Origin: a virus
Lineage: Duplodnaviria; Heunggongvirae; Uroviricota; Caudoviricetes
Reading direction: 5' to 3' (one strand)
DNA length: 64,000 nucleotides
IMG/VR virus record: IMGVR_UViG_2974569193_000001
Location: 44,702 to 108,701 of that record
Below are positions 13,747 through 23,488 of this stretch, one piece after another. A model generated the notes under the pieces. That model made no database searches and was not told the origin of the DNA. It was given only the letters and a program-made list of their open reading frames with translations. Position numbers and translations under genes: made by a program. Position 1 is the first letter of the stretch, and every line of letters starts with the position of its first letter.

Positions 13747-14198
13747 CGGCGGCTCTTGAGTTCGCGCTGAACCAGAAGCAGGGCGGCGGCGGCCGGGTCA
13801 AATCGGCCGCCAAGTCCAACGAGTCCACCGACGAATGGCTCGCCCGCATCAAGCAGCAGAAGGCCTCGGGACCTAACCCCGAAGAGGAGGCCGAGAACGT
13901 CGAGCCGCAGGGGGTTCAGCCCTATCCCGACCTCATGTGGGTCTGGGATGGCTTCTGGCGCCTCTCCAACAAACGCCCCCAGGGCATGGGTGGCCCGGCG
14001 CGGGTTCCGACCTCGGAGATCGAGGCCTTCACGAGAATCCGCCGCTGGGGCTACGCCAAGAGCAACGAGTTCCTCTACTTCGTTGACCTGATGGATGAGG
14101 TCTACATGGCCTACGTCGCCAAGGTCCTCGAAGAGCAGGAGCGGCAAAGAGAAACCGCCAACCAGAAGCCCCAGACCCATAGACGGGGCCGCCGATAG
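13318..14198 (+). CDS. tail assembly chaperone gpGT-like, -1 programmed frameshift product
   Basis: Heptamer AAAAAAC at 13737-13743; the -1 frame (CTA ACG GCG..) is open through ORF 13935-14198. Confidence 0.8.
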
Positions 14199-14203
14199 GA
14201 CCA

Positions 14204-17200
14204 ATGGACAGCGAAGCCCTCAAGCTTAAGATCGACTCTTCGCAGGCGCGCCAGGACCTGGACGCGCTTGCGAAGAGCCTCGACCGTGCTTCCAAGGCCG
14301 CCGGCTCCATGCAGTCGAACCTCGCCAAGGGGGTCGACAAATCCAACGACGCGCTGGTGCGCGGCGCTAAGAACATCGAGAAGTTCGCTCGCGTCACCGC
14401 CGAACTCTCGAAGGTCAAGCTGTCGGGCGATCCCGCCAAGCAGTTGACCGAATTCGCCAACGCCGTCTCGGCCGTGGCGCGCGCGCGGGAAATCTCCGCC
14501 GCCAAGCTGACCGGCCTGTCGAAGTTTGTCCAGGTCGGCGCCCAAATCTCCAAGCTCAAGTTCAGCGCCGAGTCGTTCTCTGGGCTGCGCGCCTTCACCC
14601 AGGCGATGGATGAGGCTGGCCGCGCGCGCGCCGTCTCGGGCGCCAAGCTGAAGGCCTGGGTCGACTTCATCGACGTGTCGGCGCGCGCCTCGCGCCTGCG
14701 CTTCCCCTCGCAGACCACCGCATCGATCAAGGCCCTGGCCGAAGCCATGGACGCCGTCGCCAAGGTGCGCACGCTCAGCCCCGCGCGGCTGGCCTCGATC
14801 AAGGACATGTTCACCGTCCTGGCCTCGGCCAAGGGTATCAACGGCGCCAACGGCATCGCCCGTGATCTCGACGCCATCGCCGGCGCGGCGACGCGCGCGG
14901 CCAAGGCGATGAACGAACTGAAGGGCGCGCGCTCGGGCATGGGCTCCTCGCGCGGCTCGGGCGGTGGCGGCGGGATCAGCGCCGGCTCGGCCGCCACGGT
15001 CAAGCGCTTCAACGAGGAGGTCGCCAAGACCTCCCAGCACACCGACACCGCCAAGAAGGGCATCGCGGGCCTGGGCGAGGGCCTCAAGGGGCTGTCTGGC
15101 CGCTTCAACCTCGCCTATCAGGCCGGGACGCTGTTCAGCGCCATCTTCTCCTCGTTCACCTTCGGCGGCCTGATCAAGGGCATTTACGACACCTCGGTCT
15201 CGTTCCAGAAGCTGAACAAGGCCATGCTGTTCGTCACCGGCACCTATGATGGGGCCAAGAAGGCGTCTCAGGACTTCATCGACATCTCGGTGCAACTGGG
15301 CGCGTCCGTCGAGGACAACGCCGACGCCTACTCGCGCTTCGCCATCTCGTCGGCCGCCGCCGGCCTGAAGCTGAACGACGTCAACAAAATCTACAAGTCG
15401 ACCCAACTCGCCCTGACCGCCGTCGGCGCCAACAGCGAGCAGGTCGGCTATGCCTTCTACGGCCTGTCGCAAGCCATGGCCAAGGGCAAGATTTCTTCCG
15501 AAGAATTCAACCGCCAGATCGGCGAGCAAATCCCCGGCAACGCCCAGGCGGGGGCGCGCGCCCTGTCGAAGCTGACGGGCCAGCAGAAGTCGGTCGCCGA
15601 CCTGTTCGACGAGATGCGCAAGGGCACGCTCCAGTCCGCGCCGTTCCTCAAAGCCTGGGCCGACGAAGTCAGCCGCATGTTCGCGCCGCTGCTGCCCGAA
15701 GCCGAGAAGCGTCCCGACTTCCAACTGAACAAGGTCAAGACCGCCTTCTCCCTGTGGAAGAAGGAAGTGGGCCAGTCGCAGTTCATCGGCGCCCTGACCT
15801 CGCAGTTCAAGCACCTGTCGGACATGCTGATCGTCGTCAAGGACGATCACTACGTCCTGACCGAGCGCGGCAAGAAGCTGGCGGACTCGTTCGGCAAGGG
15901 TCTGGCCCAGGCCGTCAACGTCCTGGGTAACGCCCTGGCGTGGCTGGCGGACAACCTGGACAAGGTCGTCTCGGTGATCAAGATCATCGGCGCCCTGGCG
16001 ATCGGCAACGAGTTCGCCAAGTGGGGCCGGCAGGTCGCCGCGTTCGCCGACAACATGCTGGGCGTCAAGAAGGCGATCGAGGAAGTCTCGGCCGCCGAGA
16101 CCACCGCCCAGGGCAAGCGTGCGATCACCGGCAAGGCGGGAGCCGTCAACGCCGTCTCCTCGCTGGCGACCGACCGCATGGCCATGGCGACCAATCGTAG
16201 CCGCGACGCGGTCATGGGCGGCACCTTCGTGGGCTCGGCAACCGCGCCGGCCGTCCGGCAAGCCCCCGCCTTCTCGCAACTGTCCTACCTGACCGGCGCC
16301 CCGACCGAGTCCGTGCGCGGGCGCGCGACGTTTGGCCAGCGCCAGCCCTACACCGGCAATTCGACCTTCGACGCGCGCCCCGCCGCACGCGGCAACCTGC
16401 TGGGCGGCCTGATGGGCGCGGCCGGCGCGGGCGCTGCCTCGGCGGCGACCACCGCGTTCGGCGGCCTGCGTAAGGCCATCAACATCCTGCCGGGTGTGGC
16501 GCTGGGCGCTGCCGTCGCCCTGGCGATCTTCGGCAACAGCATCACCAAGCTGAACGACAAGGCCGTCTCCTACAACAACATCGCCGCCGGCGCCCTGGGC
16601 ACGGCGGGCGACTCGATCGGCAGCGGCCTTACCGGTCTCTTCAACGGCATCCGTGGGCTTCTGGGGGCCGAGCAGAAGGCCTCCGGCACCGGCGACTGGT
16701 TGGTCGACCTCTCGGCTTCGATCATCGTCTTCGGCAAGGCGGTCTTCACGCTGGCCTCGACGGTGGGCAAGGTGCTGGGCACCCTGGTCGCCAACACCAT
16801 CATTCCCTGGATCGAACTGGGCCAGAAGGTCGCCTCGGGCGACCTCAAGGGCGCCGCTGGCAAGGCTGGCGAAGTCCTGATGGGTCAAATCGGCAAGGGC
16901 AACCGCGATCGCTGGGCCGAACTGGGCAAGACGCTGAACCAGGACTGGGGCAAGGCCCTGGACTATGCCGGCACGCGCCAGTCGATCGTCAACGGCGCTC
17001 TGAAGTCGGCGGCGGGCGACACGGCCGCCACGCAAGGCGCCAACGCCGCCCAGAAGCTGACCGAAGCCGCCCTCGCCCAGATGAAGGCCGCCGATGATCA
17101 GGCCCTGGCCGCCGCCGATCTGAAGGACGCCACGGCGAACTTCAAGAAGGACCTCGCGCCGCTCAACTTCAACGACCTCTTCAAGCGCGCCCAGGCCCTG

Positions 17201-20200
17201 GCCGATGGCACCTTCCAGCGCACGGCCGCCGCCTCCAAGCCCGGCAGCGCGCTGATGGCTCCGTCGCCGGCGCAGACCCAGGCCAATGCCGCCGCCGTCA
17301 AGGCGACCATCGCCTCCATGGGCGATCGCGTGTACGCGACGGCGGGTCAGCACCTGGGCCAGACCGAGAGCAAGGACGCCGCGTCGCTGCAAGCCTACTT
17401 CAAGGCCAACGGCGTCACCATCGACCCCAAGAAGCTGTCCTGGTGCGCGGCCTTCGTCAACGCCGTTCTGAACCAGAACGGTTTGGCGGGCACGGGCGAC
17501 CTGCGCGCCTCCTCGTTCAAGGATTACGGCTCGGAAGTTTCGCGCCAGGACGCCCGCAAGGGCGACATCGTCGTGCTCAAGCCCCAGGCTCCGGGCGCGA
17601 CCGGTCATGTGGGCTTCCTCGACAGCTTCGACAAGAACGGTCGCGTCAACATCCTGGGCGGCAACCAAAGCGATTCGGTCAAGGTCTCGTCGTTTGCCGC
17701 CGATCAGGTCGTGTCGTTCCGTCGCACGGGCTCGGGCGGCGCAGCCGGCGGCATGGACCCCAACTTCCTGGGCGGCGCGATCAAGGACGGCCAGGGCGAA
17801 GAGGGCGGCTCGCGCTACGAGCGCCGCATGAACGCCTTCAAGTCGCTCGGCACCATCACCGGGCAGGCCTCCCCGGCGGCCGATGCCCTGGCCGACTACC
17901 AGAGCAACCTCGAAAAGCTGCGCGACATCATCGTCTCGGAAGAGAAGCTGATGAAGGACGTCGGCGGCGACGGGGAGTCGTTCTTCAACAAGACCAACCT
18001 GGAGGCGCTGGCCGCCGCCCAGAAGAAGTGGAACCGGTCGATCACCGAGGCGCTGAACCCGATCGCCAAGGAAGCCCGCACCCTGGCGGAAGGCAATGAC
18101 GTCCTGGAACTGCGCGCCAAGGGCCTGTCGCAGGAAGCCGACTGGCAAGAGCGCCTGACGGAACTGCGCAACTCCGGCCTGAACGTCGACCTCATGCAGG
18201 ACGAGGCCAAGTGGACCCAGTACCTGAACGAGTTGAAGAAGCAGGGCCTGGAGATCGACGTCAAGGCCCTGCAACTGAAGCCGGACGAACTGCGCTACCA
18301 GCAGGGCCGCCAGGACGCGCTCCAGGCTGAACTCGACCTGACCAAGGCGCTGAACGACGCCAAGCAGGCTCAGGTCGCGCGCACCGGCTCCAGCTACGAT
18401 CGGACCCTGTCGGGCCTGATCGGCGGCAAGAGCAAGGACGGCGAAAGCCTGATGCAAACCCAACAGCGTCTGGCCGGCTCCGTCGGTTCGGACGGCCGTA
18501 ACGCCCTGGAGGCTCTGCAAGAGACCGCCGGCGTGATGGAAAGCTCGCGCTTGGCCGACGCCAAGGCCAGCATGCAGTCGCAGCTTCAGATCATGCGCGA
18601 AAGCGCGCGCCTGAACAACAGCCAGCGCGGCGTCTACGAGGACTATCGCAACATCCTGGGCGAACTGCTCAACAAGCAGGGCGCCTCGCTGAAGGAACTG
18701 CTCGACTCCGCCGACGAGCAGACCAAGCAGCTTGCCCAATCGTTCGTCAAGGCCAAGCAGGAGTTCGAGAACCCGCCGGGCTTCCAGAAGTGGGCGGACG
18801 CCCTGGAGCCGCTCGACAAGCGCCTCCAGGACATCAAGTCGCAGTTCATGGACGATCTGGGCGGCGGCATCACCGACGCGCTGCTCGGCGAGAAGGTTGA
18901 TTGGCGCGGCATGCTCCACGAGACCTTCAAGAAGCAGCTTCGCGCTCAGGTCGACGAAGGCTTGAAGAACGTCACCTACCTGCTGACCGGCCAGGACCCC
19001 AACGCGGCTGCGGCCAAGACGCCGGAAGCCCAGGCCCTGGTCTCGGCGGCCGACGTCCAGAAGCAGGCTGGTGACACGCTTCAGCAGGCCGCCAATAGCC
19101 TGCTCCAGGTCGCTCAGGGCGGAACGCCCGGCGCGCCGGGCATGATGCCGGGCGCCACGGGTCCCATGGGGGCGATGACCTCGGCGATCCAGCCGGGCAT
19201 GACCCCGATGCAGGGCCTCGCCGCGCAAGGCATCAACAGCGCGGTCCAGGGCGTGGGCTCGCTGATCGGCGGCGACCCGACCCAGCACACCGGCGCGCGC
19301 AGCTTCGGCCAGCGCGTGGGCGGCATCCTGTCGAGCGTCGGCAGCATGTTCGGCTTTGGCGGCGGCCGTCCCACGGCGATCGCGCCGGGCGGGCTGGGCG
19401 CCATTGGCGAGACCAAGACCTCGGGCGGGCTCTTCGGTGCCTTCATGAAGGCCAACAACGGCATCACCGGGTTCCAGAAGACCTCGACCCCGGTCGGCGG
19501 CATCTCTTCGGCTGGCGGCTCGACCGCGATCTCCGACGCCCTGACCATGGGCGGCGACCTGTCGCGCAACGCGGGCATGTCCAACGCGCTGTCGATCGGC
19601 AGCGCCACCATCTCGATCGGCAGCGCCAACATCTCCGGCGGCGGCCTGGGTGGTGGCGGCGGTGGAGCCGGCGGCGCGGGTGGTGCTCCGGGCGGCATGG
19701 GCATGATGGGCGGCGGCGGCCTGGGCGGGCTGCTGGGCAACCTCAACACCAGCACCGTGGGCGTCGGCGACAACATGCTGAGCGCCCTGACCATGGACGG
19801 CTCGGGCGGACCGGGCTTCATGCCCGCCGGCTCGGGCCTTATGAACCTGTTCGGCGGCGGCGGCGGCGGTGGCTTTGGCGGCGGCGCGGACCTGTCGGGC
19901 CTGACCAACAATGCCGTCGGCATCGGCGACAACATGCTGACCCCGTTCATGATGGACGGCTCGGGCGGTCCCGGCTTCCAGGCGGCGGGCACTGCCCTGC
20001 AAAACCTGAACATCGGCGGCCAGGGCGGCGGCTTCATGAGCATGCTGTCGAACTTCGGTCCCATGCTGCAAGGCGCGATGAGCTTTGCCGGCCCGCTGCT
20101 GGGTGCCCTGCTGACGGGCGGCAAGAAGCGCAACAACGCTCCGGACACTTATCGCACGCCCAACGGCGTGTTCGGTCAGGCCAGCCAGAACGCCGTCACC

Positions 20201-20701
20201 GGGCGCCTGCTCGGCCCGCGCAAGAACATCTTCGGCGAGATCGCCAACATGGCGTTCCAGGCGTTCACGGGCGGCATGGGCGGCATGGGCGGCGGCGGTC
20301 CGATGTCGATGATGAGTATGTTCGGTGGCGGCGGCGGCGGCGGGTTCATGGGCTTCAAGGAGGGCGGCTACACCAACGCCCCGGTGACCCACTACTCGGC
20401 CGCGTCGCTGTTCGCGGGCGCCCCGCATTACGCCGAGGGTACGCCCAACACCAGCCTCGCTAATGGCGGTATGCCGGCCATCGTTCACCCGGACGAAGCC
20501 GTGATCCCGCTGTCGCGCGGCCGGAACATCCCGGTCGAATTGAACGGCGCCGGCGGCGGCCATTCCACGACGGTGATCTCGCCGATCACGGTCTACGCCA
20601 ACGACGCCGACAGCTTCCGCCCGGCCCAGGCTCAGATCGCCCGCAAGCAGAACAAGACCCTGCGCCGCGCGGCCCTGCGCAACGCCACCATGGCGGCCTA
20701 A
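14204..20701 (+). CDS. tail tape measure protein with internal CHAP/NlpC-like (TIGR02594-like) domain
   Basis: 2165 aa, Ala/Gly-rich; tape-measure core (EEFNRQIGEQIPG); WCAAFV..GDIVVL..GHVGF..ILGGNQ near 17.4-17.7 kb. Confidence 0.92.
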   Translation: MDSEALKLKIDSSQARQDLDALAKSLDRASKAAGSMQSNLAKGVDKSNDALVRGAKNIEKFARVTAELSKVKLSGDPAKQLTEFANAVSAVARAREISAAKLTGLSKFVQVGAQISKLKFSAESFSGLRAFTQAMDEAGRARAVSGAKLKAWVDFIDVSARASRLRFPSQTTASIKALAEAMDAVAKVRTLSPARLASIKDMFTVLASAKGINGANGIARDLDAIAGAATRAAKAMNELKGARSGMGSSRGSGGGGGISAGSAATVKRFNEEVAKTSQHTDTAKKGIAGLGEGLKGLSGRFNLAYQAGTLFSAIFSSFTFGGLIKGIYDTSVSFQKLNKAMLFVTGTYDGAKKASQDFIDISVQLGASVEDNADAYSRFAISSAAAGLKLNDVNKIYKSTQLALTAVGANSEQVGYAFYGLSQAMAKGKISSEEFNRQIGEQIPGNAQAGARALSKLTGQQKSVADLFDEMRKGTLQSAPFLKAWADEVSRMFAPLLPEAEKRPDFQLNKVKTAFSLWKKEVGQSQFIGALTSQFKHLSDMLIVVKDDHYVLTERGKKLADSFGKGLAQAVNVLGNALAWLADNLDKVVSVIKIIGALAIGNEFAKWGRQVAAFADNMLGVKKAIEEVSAAETTAQGKRAITGKAGAVNAVSSLATDRMAMATNRSRDAVMGGTFVGSATAPAVRQAPAFSQLSYLTGAPTESVRGRATFGQRQPYTGNSTFDARPAARGNLLGGLMGAAGAGAASAATTAFGGLRKAINILPGVALGAAVALAIFGNSITKLNDKAVSYNNIAAGALGTAGDSIGSGLTGLFNGIRGLLGAEQKASGTGDWLVDLSASIIVFGKAVFTLASTVGKVLGTLVANTIIPWIELGQKVASGDLKGAAGKAGEVLMGQIGKGNRDRWAELGKTLNQDWGKALDYAGTRQSIVNGALKSAAGDTAATQGANAAQKLTEAALAQMKAADDQALAAADLKDATANFKKDLAPLNFNDLFKRAQALADGTFQRTAAASKPGSALMAPSPAQTQANAAAVKATIASMGDRVYATAGQHLGQTESKDAASLQAYFKANGVTIDPKKLSWCAAFVNAVLNQNGLAGTGDLRASSFKDYGSEVSRQDARKGDIVVLKPQAPGATGHVGFLDSFDKNGRVNILGGNQSDSVKVSSFAADQVVSFRRTGSGGAAGGMDPNFLGGAIKDGQGEEGGSRYERRMNAFKSLGTITGQASPAADALADYQSNLEKLRDIIVSEEKLMKDVGGDGESFFNKTNLEALAAAQKKWNRSITEALNPIAKEARTLAEGNDVLELRAKGLSQEADWQERLTELRNSGLNVDLMQDEAKWTQYLNELKKQGLEIDVKALQLKPDELRYQQGRQDALQAELDLTKALNDAKQAQVARTGSSYDRTLSGLIGGKSKDGESLMQTQQRLAGSVGSDGRNALEALQETAGVMESSRLADAKASMQSQLQIMRESARLNNSQRGVYEDYRNILGELLNKQGASLKELLDSADEQTKQLAQSFVKAKQEFENPPGFQKWADALEPLDKRLQDIKSQFMDDLGGGITDALLGEKVDWRGMLHETFKKQLRAQVDEGLKNVTYLLTGQDPNAAAAKTPEAQALVSAADVQKQAGDTLQQAANSLLQVAQGGTPGAPGMMPGATGPMGAMTSAIQPGMTPMQGLAAQGINSAVQGVGSLIGGDPTQHTGARSFGQRVGGILSSVGSMFGFGGGRPTAIAPGGLGAIGETKTSGGLFGAFMKANNGITGFQKTSTPVGGISSAGGSTAISDALTMGGDLSRNAGMSNALSIGSATISIGSANISGGGLGGGGGGAGGAGGAPGGMGMMGGGGLGGLLGNLNTSTVGVGDNMLSALTMDGSGGPGFMPAGSGLMNLFGGGGGGGFGGGADLSGLTNNAVGIGDNMLTPFMMDGSGGPGFQAAGTALQNLNIGGQGGGFMSMLSNFGPMLQGAMSFAGPLLGALLTGGKKRNNAPDTYRTPNGVFGQASQNAVTGRLLGPRKNIFGEIANMAFQAFTGGMGGMGGGGPMSMMSMFGGGGGGGFMGFKEGGYTNAPVTHYSAASLFAGAPHYAEGTPNTSLANGGMPAIVHPDEAVIPLSRGRNIPVELNGAGGGHSTTVISPITVYANDADSFRPAQAQIARKQNKTLRRAALRNATMAA

Positions 20702-20718
20702 CGACATCACCCACGACT

Positions 20719-20733
20719 GTCGTGAATCTTGAC
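20719..20733 (+). promoter_or_regulatory. GTCGTGAATCTTGAC promoter element
   Basis: Exact motif in the TMP / distal-tail gap. Confidence 0.7.
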
Positions 20734-20785
20734 GTCCCTGGATGGTCGTGGCATCCAGGGACTCCCTTCTCGCATGGTTAACGTG

Positions 20786-21442
20786 ATGCCGAACTACAGC
20801 TTCCACGACGTGCTGTTCCCCGAGACCATCAGCTACGGCTCGTCGGGCGGTCCGAAGTTCAAGACCACGATCTTCCAGGCCGACTCGGGCTACGAGCAGC
20901 GCAACAAGGACTGGAGCGACGTGCGGCACGAGTACGATGTCGCCCAGTCGATCCGCTCGACCGAGGACATGGAAGAACTGCGAGCCTTCTTCATGGCCCG
21001 CAACGGCCGCGCCCACGGCTTCCGCTACAAGGACTGGGGCGACTTCCGCCTGAAGAACCAGTTGATCGGCGTCGGCGACGGCGTCACCAAGACCTTCCAG
21101 ATCGTCAAGACCTACACCAGCACCGGGCACGACGGCACCGACTACACCTATACTCGCAACATCCGCAAGCCCAAGTGGGACTCGATCGCCGGCGTCAAAG
21201 TCGGGCCGGTCGTCCAGGTGGCTCCGACCAACTACGAGGTCGACTATTCGACCGGCCTGATGACCTTCGTCAACGCGCCCGCGCCCGACGCGCCAGTCAC
21301 CATTGGCCTGGGCGAGTTTCACGTCCCCGTGCGCTTCGACACGGACATGATGGACGTGACCCAGGAATTCTGGATGCGCGAGACGTGGCCCAACATCGCC
21401 ATCGTCGAAATCCGCGACTATCAGGAGATCATCCTCCCGTGA
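20786..21442 (+). CDS. distal tail protein (DUF2460/TIGR02217-like)
   Basis: FHDVLFP..ISYGSSGGPKFKTTI..FFMARNGRAHGFRYKDW..VPVRFDTD. Confidence 0.88.
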   Translation: MPNYSFHDVLFPETISYGSSGGPKFKTTIFQADSGYEQRNKDWSDVRHEYDVAQSIRSTEDMEELRAFFMARNGRAHGFRYKDWGDFRLKNQLIGVGDGVTKTFQIVKTYTSTGHDGTDYTYTRNIRKPKWDSIAGVKVGPVVQVAPTNYEVDYSTGLMTFVNAPAPDAPVTIGLGEFHVPVRFDTDMMDVTQEFWMRETWPNIAIVEIRDYQEIILP

Positions 21443-23064
21443 AATCCGTCCCGCCGCTCCTGATGGAGCACATCCAGCAGGAGGTGACGACGCTGGCGAC
21501 CTGCATCACGATCGTGCGGCAGGACGGCAAGGCCTTCTTCTTGACCGACCACGACCGGCCGATCCTGTTCGAGAACCAGCACTTCGTCCCCTACGACTCC
21601 TACCAGCGCACCTCGATCCTGATGTCGTCGGAACTCGAAGTCGACACCGCCGACATCACCGCCTTCCTGACCTCCGATGGCGTCACCCGCGACGACGTGG
21701 CCTCAGGCCTGTTCGACTATGCCGCGATCAAGGTGCAGTTGCTCAACTACACCAGCCCGCAGGACGGCGCGATCCTGCTGCGCAAGGGCACCTTCGGCGA
21801 AGTGGTGATGAATCAGGACGAGACGTTCACGGCCGAAATTCGCGGCCTGACCCAGGTCCTGACCTATCGGGTGGGCGAGTCCTACGCGCCCGAGTGTCGC
21901 GCCGACCTGGGCGATCGCCGCTGCAAGATCGGCCTGATGCCTGCGGAATGGCAGGGCAACACCTATTACGCCACCAGCACCTGCGTGCTGGGCGAGGTCT
22001 CGGCCGCCAACTCCTTCGTCAACCTCGACGTCATCAACTGGAGCTTCGAGTCCGGCGACCTCAACACCGTCGTCACCGCGCCGGCGGGCTGGGTGGCCTA
22101 TGGCGATCCGACCAGCCGCTGGGTCTACAAGCACGACTGGTACAACCTTTTTCGCCCGCAACTGGGTGACAAGTTCATCGCCGCCACCCGCACGTCGATC
22201 GACGACAAGCAGGAGATCGCCGGCATGTTCCAGGACATCAGCCTCCTCAGTGCTGGCGTCTCCGAAGAAGACCTCGATTCGGGCCTCTGCCGCGTCCGCT
22301 ACAAGTCGTTCGTCGCGTGCCTCAACAACCGCGCCCAGTCGCGCGAGCGCCTGACCTGCATCAAGGTCGACGGGTCGGTCGAGACGATCTGGGACACCGG
22401 CGAGAAGAAGTACCCCGAGGACCGCTGGGTCGCCGTCAACGCCGACGACGTCCTTATCCCGGCCGGCACCCGAACCCTGCGCATCGACCTGTGGTCCAAG
22501 AAGCGCAATGTCCACGAAGAGGGCGTCGCCTACGACGGCATCAAGGCCTCGATCAACCTGCCCGACGGCACGGCCGGCAATGCCGACGTCTATGGTGGGG
22601 TGATGTTCAAGTGCATCCAGGCGGGCGTCAGCGGCGACACGCCTCCCGAATGGACCAACGAGATCGGCGCCACCTTCAACGACGGCACCGTCATCTGGCA
22701 GTGCGTCACCAACTACAAGCGCGTGGGCACGGTCGACACGGTCGACTCCAACAAGTCCTTCACCCCTGAGGGTATCGGCGAGCAGGGCGGCTTCTACGAC
22801 GGCGGCGTTCTCTACTGGGAGACCGGGCGCAACGCCGGCCGCGCCCAGGAGATCAAGCTCTGGTCGGGCGGGGTCTTCACGCTCTTCCAGCGTACCTACT
22901 ACCCGATCACCGAGGGCGACCGCTTCGTGGTCTATCCCGGCTGCGACAAGCGTCGCAGCACCTGCGGCGACAAGTTCAACAACATCCTCAACTTCCGCGC
23001 CGAGCCCGACGTGCCCGGCCAGGACATCTACTATCGCACGCCCAACGCGCCGGAGCAGGAATGA
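21439..23064 (+). CDS. baseplate hub protein (DUF2163/BR0599-like) with inserted domain
   Basis: CRADLGDRRC; C-terminal PGCDK..TC.DKFNNILNFRAEP; GTG start overlaps the previous stop. Confidence 0.88.
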   Translation: MKSVPPLLMEHIQQEVTTLATCITIVRQDGKAFFLTDHDRPILFENQHFVPYDSYQRTSILMSSELEVDTADITAFLTSDGVTRDDVASGLFDYAAIKVQLLNYTSPQDGAILLRKGTFGEVVMNQDETFTAEIRGLTQVLTYRVGESYAPECRADLGDRRCKIGLMPAEWQGNTYYATSTCVLGEVSAANSFVNLDVINWSFESGDLNTVVTAPAGWVAYGDPTSRWVYKHDWYNLFRPQLGDKFIAATRTSIDDKQEIAGMFQDISLLSAGVSEEDLDSGLCRVRYKSFVACLNNRAQSRERLTCIKVDGSVETIWDTGEKKYPEDRWVAVNADDVLIPAGTRTLRIDLWSKKRNVHEEGVAYDGIKASINLPDGTAGNADVYGGVMFKCIQAGVSGDTPPEWTNEIGATFNDGTVIWQCVTNYKRVGTVDTVDSNKSFTPEGIGEQGGFYDGGVLYWETGRNAGRAQEIKLWSGGVFTLFQRTYYPITEGDRFVVYPGCDKRRSTCGDKFNNILNFRAEPDVPGQDIYYRTPNAPEQE

Positions 23065-23486
23065 CCCGCGACGACATCGTGACCGAAGCGCGCCGCTATG
23101 TGGCGCTCCAAACCCCCTGGCGCCATCGGGGTCGCACCGAACGCGGCCTCGACTGCATCGGGCTGGCGGTGATGATCTTCGAGAAGTACAACCTGGAGTA
23201 CATGGATCAGGATGGCTACGCGCGCACGCCCGACGGCGAGCGGTTCGTCGATGTGATCAAGGCCCACATGACCCTGGCCGACCCCACCGACCTCAAGCCC
23301 GGCATGTTGGTCCTGTTCAACGACGATGCCCGGCCCTGCCATGTGGGCATCCTGGCCCAGAAGCATGGGGTCATGACCCTGATCCACGCGACCGCCGATA
23401 AGAAGCGCACGGTCGAAGAAATCTATGATCGCCGCTACGCCGCCCGGTTCCGGATGGCGTTCGATTTCCCCGGCGTTGAGGACTAA
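23061..23486 (+). CDS. NlpC/P60 tail-associated peptidase
   Basis: WRHRGR..GLDCIGL..HVGI..IHA. Confidence 0.92.
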   Translation: MTRDDIVTEARRYVALQTPWRHRGRTERGLDCIGLAVMIFEKYNLEYMDQDGYARTPDGERFVDVIKAHMTLADPTDLKPGMLVLFNDDARPCHVGILAQKHGVMTLIHATADKKRTVEEIYDRRYAARFRMAFDFPGVED

Positions 23487-23488
23487 GC

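Noticed and set aside
14111-21322. 2403-aa minus-strand ORF, and similar giant antisense ORFs (11206-12996, 23483-26992, 27507-32225, 36809-41056, 50906-54796, 57603-59645)
   Set aside because: Shadow frames of real genes, caused by high GC3; no recognisable domains; opposite well-supported genes.
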